A DNA stretch of 64,000 nucleotides, taken from positions 608,001-672,000 of the forward strand of contig CAXXKM010000002.1 in assembly GCA_963664435.2 (NCBI GenBank). The letters run 5' to 3'. The notes below the pieces were generated by a model. That model saw only the letters and a program-made list of their open reading frames with translations, was not told the origin of the DNA and did no database searches. Of the stretch, positions 20,828 through 32,468 are shown piece after piece; within the stretch, counting starts at the first letter, position 1, and each line of letters starts with the position of its first letter. Both the position numbers and the translations under genes were made by a program. Source of the DNA: Longimicrobiales bacterium. Its GTDB lineage: Bacteria; Gemmatimonadota; Gemmatimonadetes; Longimicrobiales; Gaopeijiaceae.

Positions 20828-22063
20828 ATGACCGCCGCAAGCGAGAGTGGCCGGACACCCCTCGACATCGCCAGCCTGCGGGCGGACACCCCCGGCTGCC
20901 GGGAGCGGGTCCACCTGAACAACGCGGGCGCCGGCCTCATGCCGGCGCCCGCGTTGCGTGCCGCACGCGACCACCTGGAACTCGAGGCGCGCATCGGCGG
21001 CTACGAGGCCGCCGACGCGCGCGCCGGCCAGGTTGCCGCCGCCTACGAAGCGGTCGCCGGGCTGCTCGGGGCGGCGCCCGCCAACATCGCCTTCATGGAG
21101 AACGCCACCGCGGCCTTCAACCAGGCCCTCTCGTGCATCCCCTTCCAGCGCGGCGACGCGCTGGTGACCAGCACGAACGACTACGTCTCCAACCAGATCG
21201 CCTACCTGTCCCTGCAGGCCCGCCTGGGGGTGGAGGTGGTGCGGGCGCCCGACCTGCCCGAGGGGGGCGTCGATCCGGCGGCGGTCGCGCGCATCATCCA
21301 TCGCCGGGGCGCGCGCCTGGTCGCGCTCACGCACGTGCCCACCAGTTCCGGTCTGGTGCAGGCGGTCGAGGAGGTGGGGCAGGCCTGCCGCGAGCGCGGC
21401 GTCCTCTACCTGGTCGACGCCTGCCAGTCGGTGGGGCAGATGCCGGTGGACGCGCGCGCCATCGGCTGCGACTTCCTCTCCGCCACCGCCCGCAAGTTCC
21501 TGCGCGGGCCACGGGGAGCGGGCTTCCTCTACGTTTCGGACCGCGTCCTGGACATGGACCTCGAGCCCCTGCTGCCCGACCTGAGGGGCGCGCACTGGAT
21601 CGACACCGACCTCTACCAGCCGGCCCCGGACGCGACCCGCTTCGAGAACTGGGAGTTCGCCTACGCGCTTGTGCTGGCGACCGGCGAGGCGGCGCGCTAC
21701 GCGACCCGGCTGGGTCTCGACAACATCCGCGAGCGCGCGTGGGCGCTGGCGGACTTCGCGCGCGATACCCTTGCCGCCATGGACGGTGTGACCGTCCTGG
21801 ACCAGGGGCGGGTCCGCTCCGCCATCGTTTCGGTGCACCTGGAGGGCCACGACCCCGTAGAACTCGTCCACGAACTCCGCGAGCGGGGCATCAACACCTC
21901 CGCCACGCCCCATGGCTACGCCCTGATCGACCTGGACGCCAAGGGGGTCGAGAGCACGCTGCGCGTCTCTCCCCACTACTACAACACCCGCGCTGAAATC
22001 GAGGCGCTCGTGGACGCGCTCCGCGATCTCCCGCCGAACAGCCCGGGTCAGTCCGGCAGTTAA
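20828..22063 (+). CDS. Class V PLP-dependent enzyme
   Basis: HLNNAG, VDACQSVG, SATARKFLRGPRG, RVSPHYYN; lacks the SufS RxGHHCA motif. Confidence 0.88.
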   Translation: MTAASESGRTPLDIASLRADTPGCRERVHLNNAGAGLMPAPALRAARDHLELEARIGGYEAADARAGQVAAAYEAVAGLLGAAPANIAFMENATAAFNQALSCIPFQRGDALVTSTNDYVSNQIAYLSLQARLGVEVVRAPDLPEGGVDPAAVARIIHRRGARLVALTHVPTSSGLVQAVEEVGQACRERGVLYLVDACQSVGQMPVDARAIGCDFLSATARKFLRGPRGAGFLYVSDRVLDMDLEPLLPDLRGAHWIDTDLYQPAPDATRFENWEFAYALVLATGEAARYATRLGLDNIRERAWALADFARDTLAAMDGVTVLDQGRVRSAIVSVHLEGHDPVELVHELRERGINTSATPHGYALIDLDAKGVESTLRVSPHYYNTRAEIEALVDALRDLPPNSPGQSGS

Positions 22064-22134
22064 CGGGCTCTCTCCCGCCAGGTCCCCCATTCATCCGCTC
22101 GACACCACATCCCATCGATCACCAGGACAACGCC

Positions 22135-23133
22135 ATGAAGCACCATCGATCGATCGCCGCCGTTGCCGTCCTCCTCCCGGCGCTCGCCTTCGCCGCCTGC
22201 AACCGCGACGCCCCGTCCCTCGAGGATGCCCCCGTGGACGAACCCGCCGCCAGCGTAGCGACTCCCCCGCTTCCCGAGGGCGCCCAGGCTTTCTCCCTCC
22301 TCGGCGAGCCGCTGTTCCCCAACCCGGCGGCGCCGGACATCGCGGCGCAGCAGGCCGAAGACATCGATGTGGCCCGCGCCGACTACGAGGCCGACCCGGA
22401 CGACGCCGACGCCATCATCTGGCTGGGCCGGCGCATCGGCTACACGGGGCTCTACCGCGAGGCCATCGACGTCTTCAGCGAAGGGATCGAGAAGCATCCC
22501 GGGGACGCCCGCATGTACAGGCACCGGGGGCACCGCTGGATCAGCGTGCGCGAATTCGACCGGGCCATCGAGGACCTCTCCCACGCCGCCGCCCTGGAGG
22601 AAGGCACGCCCGACGAGGTGGAACCGGACGGCCAGCCCAACGCCCGCGGCATCCCCACCAGCACCCTCCAGTCCAACATCCACTACCATCTGGCGCTCGC
22701 ACACTACCTGAAGGGCGATTTCGAAGCCGCCCTCCCGGCCTACGAAGACTACATCGCCGTCACCACCAACCCGGACCAGCTGGTCGCGATATCGCACTGG
22801 TGGTACATGGCGCTCCGCCGCCTGGGCCGCGACGAAGAAGCGGCCGCCGTCCTCGAGCCCGTGACCGCCGACCTCGACGTCATCGAGAACACCAGCTACC
22901 ACCAGCTTCTGCTGATGTACAGGGGCGAGATCGAGGCCGACGAGCTGTGGGACCCGGCGCAGGAGGATCCATCCGGCGTGGCCATCGCCTTCGGCGTGGC
23001 GACCTGGCACCTCTACAACGGGCGCGAAGAGCTGGCGGAGGAGATGTACCGGCGCATCCTGGAGGGCTCGGGCTGGGCCGGATTCGGCTACATCGCGGCG
23101 GAAGCCGAGATCGCGCGCCTCCAGGCCGGCTGA
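22135..23133 (+). CDS. Tetratricopeptide-repeat lipoprotein
   Basis: Lipobox FAAC; TPR-like helices such as YHLALAHYLKGDFEAA. Confidence 0.8.
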   Translation: MKHHRSIAAVAVLLPALAFAACNRDAPSLEDAPVDEPAASVATPPLPEGAQAFSLLGEPLFPNPAAPDIAAQQAEDIDVARADYEADPDDADAIIWLGRRIGYTGLYREAIDVFSEGIEKHPGDARMYRHRGHRWISVREFDRAIEDLSHAAALEEGTPDEVEPDGQPNARGIPTSTLQSNIHYHLALAHYLKGDFEAALPAYEDYIAVTTNPDQLVAISHWWYMALRRLGRDEEAAAVLEPVTADLDVIENTSYHQLLLMYRGEIEADELWDPAQEDPSGVAIAFGVATWHLYNGREELAEEMYRRILEGSGWAGFGYIAAEAEIARLQAG

Positions 23134-23171
23134 TCCGGCCCTGCAAGCCGGCGGATCCAGCCTTCGATTGC

Positions 23172-23254
23172 TTGACCCTTGGGACGCCCAATTCTAGATT
23201 CCTGAAACCGAGAATCATTCTTGATTACAGGGGCTCCCGGACGGAGCCCCCTGT
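23172..23254 (+). promoter_or_regulatory. suf operon promoter with Fur-family-like box and leader hairpin
   Basis: TTGACC-N17-TAGATT (23172-23200); CGAGAATCATTCTTG (23209-23223); hairpin ACAGGGGCTCC-cggac-GGAGCCCCCTGT. Confidence 0.65.
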
Positions 23255-23314
23255 CATCTTCCACCCCTGGGCCCCCGCATCTGCGCGGGCCGGAGCCCCT
23301 CTCGACCGATAGCA

Positions 23315-24100
<786 letters not shown>

Positions 24101-24129
24101 CGGCGAACGGCCAACCCGCGAGGTCCAAC

Positions 24130-25545
<1,416 letters not shown>

Positions 25546-25611
25546 CGGGAAGCGGCAGGATCACACGCACATTCGCGCCCGCCCGCGGGCGTTGAGCATA
25601 AAAGCAACGGC

Positions 25612-26973
25612 ATGTCCCGGACATCGACATTACAGGCTCCCGCCGCGGGGCCGCTGGAAGGAGTGACGGCGACCATCAACGCGGCGGCCGTGGAGCGCCT
25701 GGCGGCCGGCGAGCCGGACTGGCTGGCGCAGCGCCGCTGGCGGGCCTGGGAGGCCTACGAGCGGACCCCACTCCCCACGACCCGGCTCGAGGAGTGGCGC
25801 TACACCGACCTGTCGCGCACCCTCGACCTCGACGCTCTGCGTCCCGCGGCCCCCGGCCCCCGCGGCCTCTCCCCCGACGCATGGCCCGCCGAGCTGCGCC
25901 AGGCCATGCGCGAGGACTGGGACGCGGCCGGCCATATCGTCGAGATCGACGGGCGGGTGGTGCACACCGACCTCCTGCCCGAACTGGCGGCGCAGGGCGT
26001 GGTGCTGGCGTCGCTCACGGATGCGGTCCACACCCACGAGGATCTACTTCGCGAGCATCTGGCGGTCGAAGCGATCCCCCCGGACCAGGGCAAGTTCTCC
26101 GCACTCAACGCGGCGCTCTGGACCGATGGCGCCGTGCTGTTCGTGCCCCGCAGCGTGACCCTGCCGCTGCCCGTTCGCATCACCCGCTGGGTGTCGGATC
26201 CGGCGGCCGCCTACTTCACCCGCACCCTGGTGGTGGGAGAGGGCGGGTCCACGCTCTCGCTGGTTGAGGAGTGCCTGTCGCCGAGTTTCGGGGAGCAGAC
26301 CTTCTGCCTCTCGGCCACGGAAGTTCTCGCCGGCGACAACAGCGCCACCCATTACGCGTCCCTGCAGCGGATGGGGCTGGGCGTGTTCCACATGGCGCTC
26401 TACCGCTCGCTGGTCGGCCGCGACGCGCGCACGGATTCTCTGCACGTGACCCTGGGGGCGAGCACCGCGCGGCTGGATCTGAACTCGGAGTTGGGTGCGC
26501 CCGGAGCCCACAGCCACATCCTGGGTCTCTATTTCGGCAACGAGGACCAGCACTTCGACCACTGCACCAGCCAGAACCACGCGGCGCCCCACGCCACCAG
26601 CGATCTGCTCTACAAGGGGGCGCTGGACGACGCCTCCGGTTCGGTGTTCCGCGGCATCATCCGCGTCGCTCCCGGCGCCCAGCGCACCGACGCCTACCAG
26701 ACCAACCGCAACCTCCTCCTTTCCGAGGAGGCTTCGGCCCATGCGCTGCCCAATCTCGAGATCGAAGCGGACGACGTGCGCTGCTCGCACGGGGCCACGG
26801 TGGGTCAACTCGAGGAGGAGGCGCTCTTCTACCTGCAGAGCCGGGGGCTGTCGCGGCGTCGGGCCGAGCGCCTGGTGGTGCGGGGCTTCCTGCAGGACGT
26901 GCTGCGGCGGCGCCCGCCGGGAGGCGTGACCGAGAAGGTGACGCGGGCCATCGAGGAGAAGCTCCGTGGCTAA
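25612..26973 (+). CDS. sufD: Fe-S assembly protein SufD
   Basis: EEWRYTD, PNLEIEADDVRCSHGATVG, FYLQSRG. Confidence 0.95.
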   Translation: MSRTSTLQAPAAGPLEGVTATINAAAVERLAAGEPDWLAQRRWRAWEAYERTPLPTTRLEEWRYTDLSRTLDLDALRPAAPGPRGLSPDAWPAELRQAMREDWDAAGHIVEIDGRVVHTDLLPELAAQGVVLASLTDAVHTHEDLLREHLAVEAIPPDQGKFSALNAALWTDGAVLFVPRSVTLPLPVRITRWVSDPAAAYFTRTLVVGEGGSTLSLVEECLSPSFGEQTFCLSATEVLAGDNSATHYASLQRMGLGVFHMALYRSLVGRDARTDSLHVTLGASTARLDLNSELGAPGAHSHILGLYFGNEDQHFDHCTSQNHAAPHATSDLLYKGALDDASGSVFRGIIRVAPGAQRTDAYQTNRNLLLSEEASAHALPNLEIEADDVRCSHGATVGQLEEEALFYLQSRGLSRRRAERLVVRGFLQDVLRRRPPGGVTEKVTRAIEEKLRG

Positions 26974-27080
26974 CGGTCCCCGGCTGCATCCGCGGCCGCG
27001 GATGGCTCGTCCACGGGCTGCCGGGCGCGGGGCTTCCGCGCTGCGCGAGGGAGGCGCCGGGCCCGGGGAGGAAAGGGCTC

Positions 27081-27407
27081 GTGTTTAGGAAGAAGCCGGA
27101 GTGGCACTGCGTGGCGGATGTGGATTCGTGCCCTCCGGGATCGCTGCTCGCGGTGATGGCCGGAGACACCCCGGTGGTGCTGGCGAATGTGGACGGCACC
27201 TTCTACGCCCTCCGCGACCGCTGCTCCCACGCCGACTATCCGCTCTCCGACGGGTCGCTGGACGGCGACCAGGTCGAGTGCATGTACCACGGGGCCCGCT
27301 TCGACCTTGCCACCGGACGCGCCCGGTGCCTGCCCGCGATCCGGCCGGTTCGCTCCTACCCGACCGAGGTGCGGGACGCGGCGGTGTTCGTGCTGGCGGG
27401 AAAATGA
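27081..27407 (+). CDS. Rieske-type [2Fe-2S] ferredoxin
   Basis: CSH...CMYH Rieske motifs; GTG start after GGAGG; overlaps the sufS start. Confidence 0.9.
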   Translation: MFRKKPEWHCVADVDSCPPGSLLAVMAGDTPVVLANVDGTFYALRDRCSHADYPLSDGSLDGDQVECMYHGARFDLATGRARCLPAIRPVRSYPTEVRDAAVFVLAGK

Positions 27408-28681
27408 ACGGTCCTGCGGCGCCGGCCGGAGCCCGCGCCAGCGAGAGGCGCTCGCGGGCGAACGCTTTCGCCGCCGCGGTCCGGCGCGACTTCCCGGCCC
27501 TGCAGCAGGAAGTCAACGGCAAGCCGCTGGTCTACCTCGACAACGCCGCCTCCACCCAGAAGCCCGACGCGGTCATCGACGCGATCGCGCACTACTACCG
27601 GCACGACCACGCCAACGTGCACCGGGGCATCCACGAGCTGGCGCGCCGGGCGACCGAGGCCTACGAGGGCGCGCGCCGAAAGGTCGCCCGCTTCCTGGGC
27701 GCCGCCGACGCCGCCGAGGTGGTCTGGACGCGCGGCACCACCGAAGCGATCAACCTGGTGGCGAGCGCCTGGAGCCACACCTTCCTCGGCGAGGGCGACG
27801 AGATCGTGCTCTCGACCCAGGAGCACCACTCCAACCTCGTGCCCTGGCAGCTCGCCGCCGCCCGCGCCGGAGCCCGCCTGCGCTACCTGGAGCTCGACGG
27901 CGAGGGCCGGCTCCGGCTCGACCAGCTCCCGGGGCTGCTCTCGCCGCGCACCCGAATGGTGGCCCTCTCCCACGTGTCCAACGCGCTGGGGACGGTCAAC
28001 CCGGTGGCGGAGATCGCCGAGCAGGTGCACGCCGCCGGCGCCCTCCTGCTGGTGGACGGCGCGCAGGGCGCCCCCCACCTGCCTGTCGACGTGACGGCGC
28101 TCGGTTGCGACTTCTACGCCGTCTCGGGCCACAAGATGTGCGGGCCCACCGGGATCGGCGCCCTCTGGGGACGGCGCGGGCTGCTCGATCGGATGGAGCC
28201 CTACCAGGGTGGCGGCGAGATGATCTCGGTGGTCGAGCGCGACCACAGCACCTGGGCCGAGGTGCCCCACAAGTTCGAGGCCGGCACGCCCAACGTGGCC
28301 GGGGCGGTGGGGATGGGGGCGGCCGCCGACTACCTCACCGGCATCGGGCACGCCGCGCTCGCCGGGCACGAGCGCACCGTGCTCGAATACGCGCTCGACC
28401 GCCTGGCGACCGTCAAAGGCATCCGCCTTTTCGGGCCGCCTGCCGCCGAGCGCTGCGGGGTGGTGTCGTTCCTGCTCGACCATGCCCACGCCCACGACGT
28501 CGCGACCATCCTGGACGCGGAAGGGGTCGCGGTGCGGGCAGGCCACCACTGCGCGCAGCTGGTCATGAAGCACTTCGGCGTGCCCGCCACCTCGCGCGCC
28601 TCCTTCTACTTCTACAACGACACCGAAGACGTGGACCGGCTGGTCGAGGGGCTGGACCGGGTGAACGCCATCTTCGGCTGA
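27404..28681 (+). CDS. sufS: Cysteine desulfurase SufS
   Basis: YLDNAASTQKP, SGHKMCGP, VRAGHHCA. Confidence 0.96.
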   Translation: MNGPAAPAGARASERRSRANAFAAAVRRDFPALQQEVNGKPLVYLDNAASTQKPDAVIDAIAHYYRHDHANVHRGIHELARRATEAYEGARRKVARFLGAADAAEVVWTRGTTEAINLVASAWSHTFLGEGDEIVLSTQEHHSNLVPWQLAAARAGARLRYLELDGEGRLRLDQLPGLLSPRTRMVALSHVSNALGTVNPVAEIAEQVHAAGALLLVDGAQGAPHLPVDVTALGCDFYAVSGHKMCGPTGIGALWGRRGLLDRMEPYQGGGEMISVVERDHSTWAEVPHKFEAGTPNVAGAVGMGAAADYLTGIGHAALAGHERTVLEYALDRLATVKGIRLFGPPAAERCGVVSFLLDHAHAHDVATILDAEGVAVRAGHHCAQLVMKHFGVPATSRASFYFYNDTEDVDRLVEGLDRVNAIFG

Positions 28682-28706
28682 GGCGACAGACCGCGGAAAT
28701 CGCACC

Positions 28707-29180
28707 ATGACCCAGATCGCCCTGAGTTCGCTCTACCAGCAGCTCATCCTCGAGCACTACCGCAAGCCGCGAAACAAGGGCCGGCTGCCTGCCCCGACCG
28801 TGGTCGTGCACATGAACAACCCCGTCTGCGGCGACGATATCCAGCTGCATCTGACGGTAGATGCCGAGCAGCGGGTGACCGCCGCCACCTTTCTCGGCCA
28901 CGGCTGCTCCATCTCCCAGGCCTCGGTCTCAATGATGACCGTGCGCCTGAAGGGGAAGACCCTCGACGAAGCGATGGCCCTCGCCGACCGCTTCACCGAG
29001 ATGATGCACGGAAGCAGGGAGGCCGCCCGCGACAGGGCGTTGGGCGAACTGCGCGCGCTTCAGGGGGTGAGCAAGTTCCCGGTGCGCATCAAGTGCGCGC
29101 TCCTCGGCTTCGACGCGCTGCAGGAGGCCACGAAGCGGGTCCGGGCAGCGTCAGCAGCGTCAGAGTCGGACGGAGGGTAA
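28707..29180 (+). CDS. sufU: SUF system NifU-like protein SufU
   Basis: LYQQLILEHY, NPVCGD, GCSISQAS, RIKCALL. Confidence 0.95.
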   Translation: MTQIALSSLYQQLILEHYRKPRNKGRLPAPTVVVHMNNPVCGDDIQLHLTVDAEQRVTAATFLGHGCSISQASVSMMTVRLKGKTLDEAMALADRFTEMMHGSREAARDRALGELRALQGVSKFPVRIKCALLGFDALQEATKRVRAASAASESDGG

Positions 29181-29211
29181 CGCCGACCGCGCTTCTCCGA
29201 ATGCCCGGACT

Positions 29212-30456
29212 TCAGGGCTCCAGCAACACCTTCACCGCCCCGCTCGCACGATGGTTGGCGGCGGCGCCCAGCGCGGTGCGGAACTGTCGCAGCGGGAAGA
29301 CGTGGGTCACCATCTTCTCCAGAGGCGTGCCCGTTTCCTCCATCAGGTCGTGCGCGATCGCCATGGTGTGGCGGGTCCCGCCCCGCCAGCGCTCCCGACC
29401 GTACCCCACGTACCCCTTCAGGTCGAGCTCCCGGGCCCACATCAGTGTCAGGTCGAGCCGGGTCCGGCCCGCGCACCCCAGCATCACCACGCGTCCCCGC
29501 GGTGCGGCGAAGCTCAGTGACTGGGCCAGGCTTCCCGCGCTGCCCACGCAGTCGAAGATCAGCGGAAACCCCCCGCGCTCGAAGACCTCGGGGCCCACGA
29601 TGGGCTGATACGCCACCGCCCCGGTGTCGACCAGCGCGTTGCGGGCCTCGAAGCCCGGCGACACCACGTCGGAGGCGCCGAACGTCCGCGCCAGCTCCGC
29701 TTCGTGCGGGCGCTTGGTCTGGCCCAGCAGGAATCCGTCGAAGCCCAGCGCGCGCAAGGCCCAGATGGTGCCCAGCGCGATGGGGCCGCTGCCGATCACC
29801 AGCACGGGTTCGTCCGGGTGAGGGGGGCTGCGGAGCGCGCCGTGCACCCCGATCGAGATCGGTTCGGTCAGGACCGCGCGGCGGTCGGGAATGACGTCCG
29901 GAACCGGAAACAACTGGCTCTCGTGCGCCACCATGCGCTCCCCCCAGCCCCCCGGCAGATCGCCGTGGTAGCCGATGGTGAGCCCGCGTCCCAGGCGGCG
30001 GCCGCTCTCGAGCGGGGGACCTTCCTCCCCCGCCCGCTCGCACGTGGAATGGAGGCCCGCGTCGCAGGACCGGCAGTGGTCCGCCGCGCCAAAGCCGCGC
30101 GTGGTGCACGAGATCATCGGGTCCACCACCACCCGCTGGCCCACCTCCACGCCGCGCACCCCGGGCCCCGTCTCCACCACCCGCGCGAGGATCTCGTGGC
30201 CGAGCACCGCCGGGAAGGAACCGAAGGGCTCCATCGACGGGCTGGCGGCGTAGGTCACGTTGCTGATGTCGGATCCGCAGATGCCGCTCTGCAGCACCTC
30301 CAGCCCGACCCACGACGGCCCGGGCAGCTCGGGGACGGGCAACTCCTCGAGCTTGACGCCACCGGCGGCCCCGAAGAGCGCCCAGTCGGTCACCCGGCCG
30401 AGCGACTTGGCGATCAGGTACCCCGGGATCGAAACGTGAAAACAGACGGCGCGCAT
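29212..30456 (-). CDS. Zinc-binding medium-chain dehydrogenase
   Basis: GICGSD, LGHE, four-Cys structural zinc loop, GSGPIA. Confidence 0.88.
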   Translation of the reverse strand: MRAVCFHVSIPGYLIAKSLGRVTDWALFGAAGGVKLEELPVPELPGPSWVGLEVLQSGICGSDISNVTYAASPSMEPFGSFPAVLGHEILARVVETGPGVRGVEVGQRVVVDPMISCTTRGFGAADHCRSCDAGLHSTCERAGEEGPPLESGRRLGRGLTIGYHGDLPGGWGERMVAHESQLFPVPDVIPDRRAVLTEPISIGVHGALRSPPHPDEPVLVIGSGPIALGTIWALRALGFDGFLLGQTKRPHEAELARTFGASDVVSPGFEARNALVDTGAVAYQPIVGPEVFERGGFPLIFDCVGSAGSLAQSLSFAAPRGRVVMLGCAGRTRLDLTLMWARELDLKGYVGYGRERWRGGTRHTMAIAHDLMEETGTPLEKMVTHVFPLRQFRTALGAAANHRASGAVKVLLEP

Positions 30457-30528
30457 GGCTGGCTCGAGGCTGGTCGGAAGCAGTTTGGGGGATTGCGGCC
30501 TCGGTACGGGTTGGCCGGAAGCCGGTGC

Positions 30529-31524
30529 TCAGGGCTGGCCCTCCTCTCGCAGCGCCCTGAGCGCCAGACGAACCTGCACCGGCACCATCGCCCGGCGCCA
30601 GTCCGCATCGACGATCGCGTTTTCCAGCGGATGGCACTGGCGGTAGGCCCGCTCCGCGAGCGCCTCGATCACCTCGTTCGAGAGCGGGCGGCCCAGCGCG
30701 ATGCGGGCCCATCCGGTCAGCAGCCGCGGCCGGGCGCCCAGCGCGGTCACCACGCCCATGATCTGGCAGGTTCGACCGGAGCGCTGGAAGTCGGCGGAGA
30801 CGGCCACCGACAGCAGCGGGAAGTCGATGGAGCGGCGCTGGCGCAGCTTGGTGTACGCCGCGCGGCTGTCGCGCGAGGGGAAGGGAACGCGCACCCGGAT
30901 CACGATCTCCCCCGGCTTCCTTCGGCTGTTCCAGATGCCGTCCGCCAGGAAGAAGTCGTTCAGGCCCACTTCCCGGCGTCCCTCCGGTCCGGCCAGTTCA
31001 ACGGTCGCGCCCAGCGTCATGAGCACGGGCGGGGTATCGGCCGAATGCGCGGCCACGCACTTCTTCCCCACGCGGGTGACGTGGCACACATCCCCGTCCT
31101 TCTTGAGGCAGTACCCGAGGGCATCGCGCCAGAACTCCGTCTGGTTGTAATACGTGCAGCGGGTGTCCAGGCAGATGTTGCCCCCCAGGGTGCCCATGTT
31201 GCGCAACTGCGGCCCCGCCACCTGCCCGGCCGCGGCGGCCAGCGACGGGAACCGGCGCCGCACCTCGGGATGCCGCGCGACCGACGCCAGCGTCTCGGCG
31301 CCTCCGATCACCAGGGCGCTGCCCTCGCGCCGGAACCCCCTCAAGCCGCGGATCTGCTTGAGCGCGATCAGGTGGTCGGGGGTGAAGAGTCGATGCTTCA
31401 TGTTGGGGATGAGATCAGTGCCCCCGGAGACCGGAAGCGCCCGGCTCCCCCAGCGGTCCAGCAGCTCCACGGCTTCGTCGACGGTTCGGGGCCGGTGATA
31501 CCGGAACGGCGGCAGGCGCAGCAT
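30529..31524 (-). CDS. FAD/[4Fe-4S] subunit of a xanthine-dehydrogenase-family enzyme (HcrB-like)
   Basis: SGGTDLIP, LRNMGTLGGNIC; Cys-rich insert CLDTRC..YCLKKDGDVC..KC typical of the 4-hydroxybenzoyl-CoA reductase beta subunit. Confidence 0.88.
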   Translation of the reverse strand: MLRLPPFRYHRPRTVDEAVELLDRWGSRALPVSGGTDLIPNMKHRLFTPDHLIALKQIRGLRGFRREGSALVIGGAETLASVARHPEVRRRFPSLAAAAGQVAGPQLRNMGTLGGNICLDTRCTYYNQTEFWRDALGYCLKKDGDVCHVTRVGKKCVAAHSADTPPVLMTLGATVELAGPEGRREVGLNDFFLADGIWNSRRKPGEIVIRVRVPFPSRDSRAAYTKLRQRRSIDFPLLSVAVSADFQRSGRTCQIMGVVTALGARPRLLTGWARIALGRPLSNEVIEALAERAYRQCHPLENAIVDADWRRAMVPVQVRLALRALREEGQP

Positions 31525-32468
31525 CAGCGATCCCCGCCGGCCACGCCCGGAGCCAGGGGCCGCGCAACCATGATCCCGTCCTGGCTTCCGATGCGCTGCA
31601 CGCGCTGCGAGAGCGGAACCTCGCTGATCTGGACCGCGGACCCGACCAGGGGGGCATGGAGCAGGAACACGCTGCCGTCGCGCACCAGCGCCAGACCGGT
31701 GTGCGCGATGTCGAGGCCCTCAACGGTGGACGTGGCTGCGATGATGTCGCCGTCGGCGATGTCCGCAGCCGCGTCCTCGATGTGCTCCTCGCCGATGTAG
31801 TAGCGCGGCCGCGCGCTCAGCCGCGCCTCCGCGCGCGCGATCTCGTCGACCACGCCGGGCTGGGAGAGCTGCCGGTAGGCGTCCGGGTGCGTCGACATGA
31901 AGTCGATCGGGGTATCGTCGGCCATGCCGCCGAGCTCCCGGGAGACGTCGCGCACCAGCCCGCGCGCCTCGTTGTCGGCGATCCACTCCGAGAAATAGTG
32001 CAGCCGGCTCGGATAGCCCTCGAGCTTCCCGCCCCGGTACCGGATCTCGGTGAGCAGGCGCCGGTACTCGTCGCGCAGCCTCTCCTCGTTCTCAAGCACG
32101 GACGGGTTGTGGAGATGAACGAAGCGGCCCAGCGCGAGCACGTTCTCGACGAAGGTGACGCAGTCGAGTTCCCTCAGGTTGATGACCAGCCGCTCGGGAC
32201 CGTCCACCTCCAGTGTCGCGGGCACATACGCGGTGCCCACGAAGGTGACCCCGATGCGTGCCATGGTCTCGCCCAGCGGGCGCAGGTGAAGCTCCTCGTC
32301 CCAGGCCCGGGCGAGGGCCGAGCGCACGATGTCCCAGTCCTCCGCCGTCCCCTCGGACATCGCCAGCAGGCGGGCCTCCTCGGCGTCAGACCCGGAATCG
32401 CCGGACTCGCAGGATGCGGCGGCGAAAACGGCTGCGGCGACCGTGGTCCATCGCACCAGGCCGTGCAT
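31524..32468 (-). CDS. DUF1460 family lipoprotein (NlpC/P60-like putative N-acetylmuramoyl-L-alanine amidase)
   Basis: Lipobox AASC; LDCVTFVE, RLHYFSEW, GLDIAHTG, LHA motifs; TGATG overlaps at both ends. Confidence 0.85.
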   Translation of the reverse strand: MHGLVRWTTVAAAVFAAASCESGDSGSDAEEARLLAMSEGTAEDWDIVRSALARAWDEELHLRPLGETMARIGVTFVGTAYVPATLEVDGPERLVINLRELDCVTFVENVLALGRFVHLHNPSVLENEERLRDEYRRLLTEIRYRGGKLEGYPSRLHYFSEWIADNEARGLVRDVSRELGGMADDTPIDFMSTHPDAYRQLSQPGVVDEIARAEARLSARPRYYIGEEHIEDAAADIADGDIIAATSTVEGLDIAHTGLALVRDGSVFLLHAPLVGSAVQISEVPLSQRVQRIGSQDGIMVARPLAPGVAGGDR

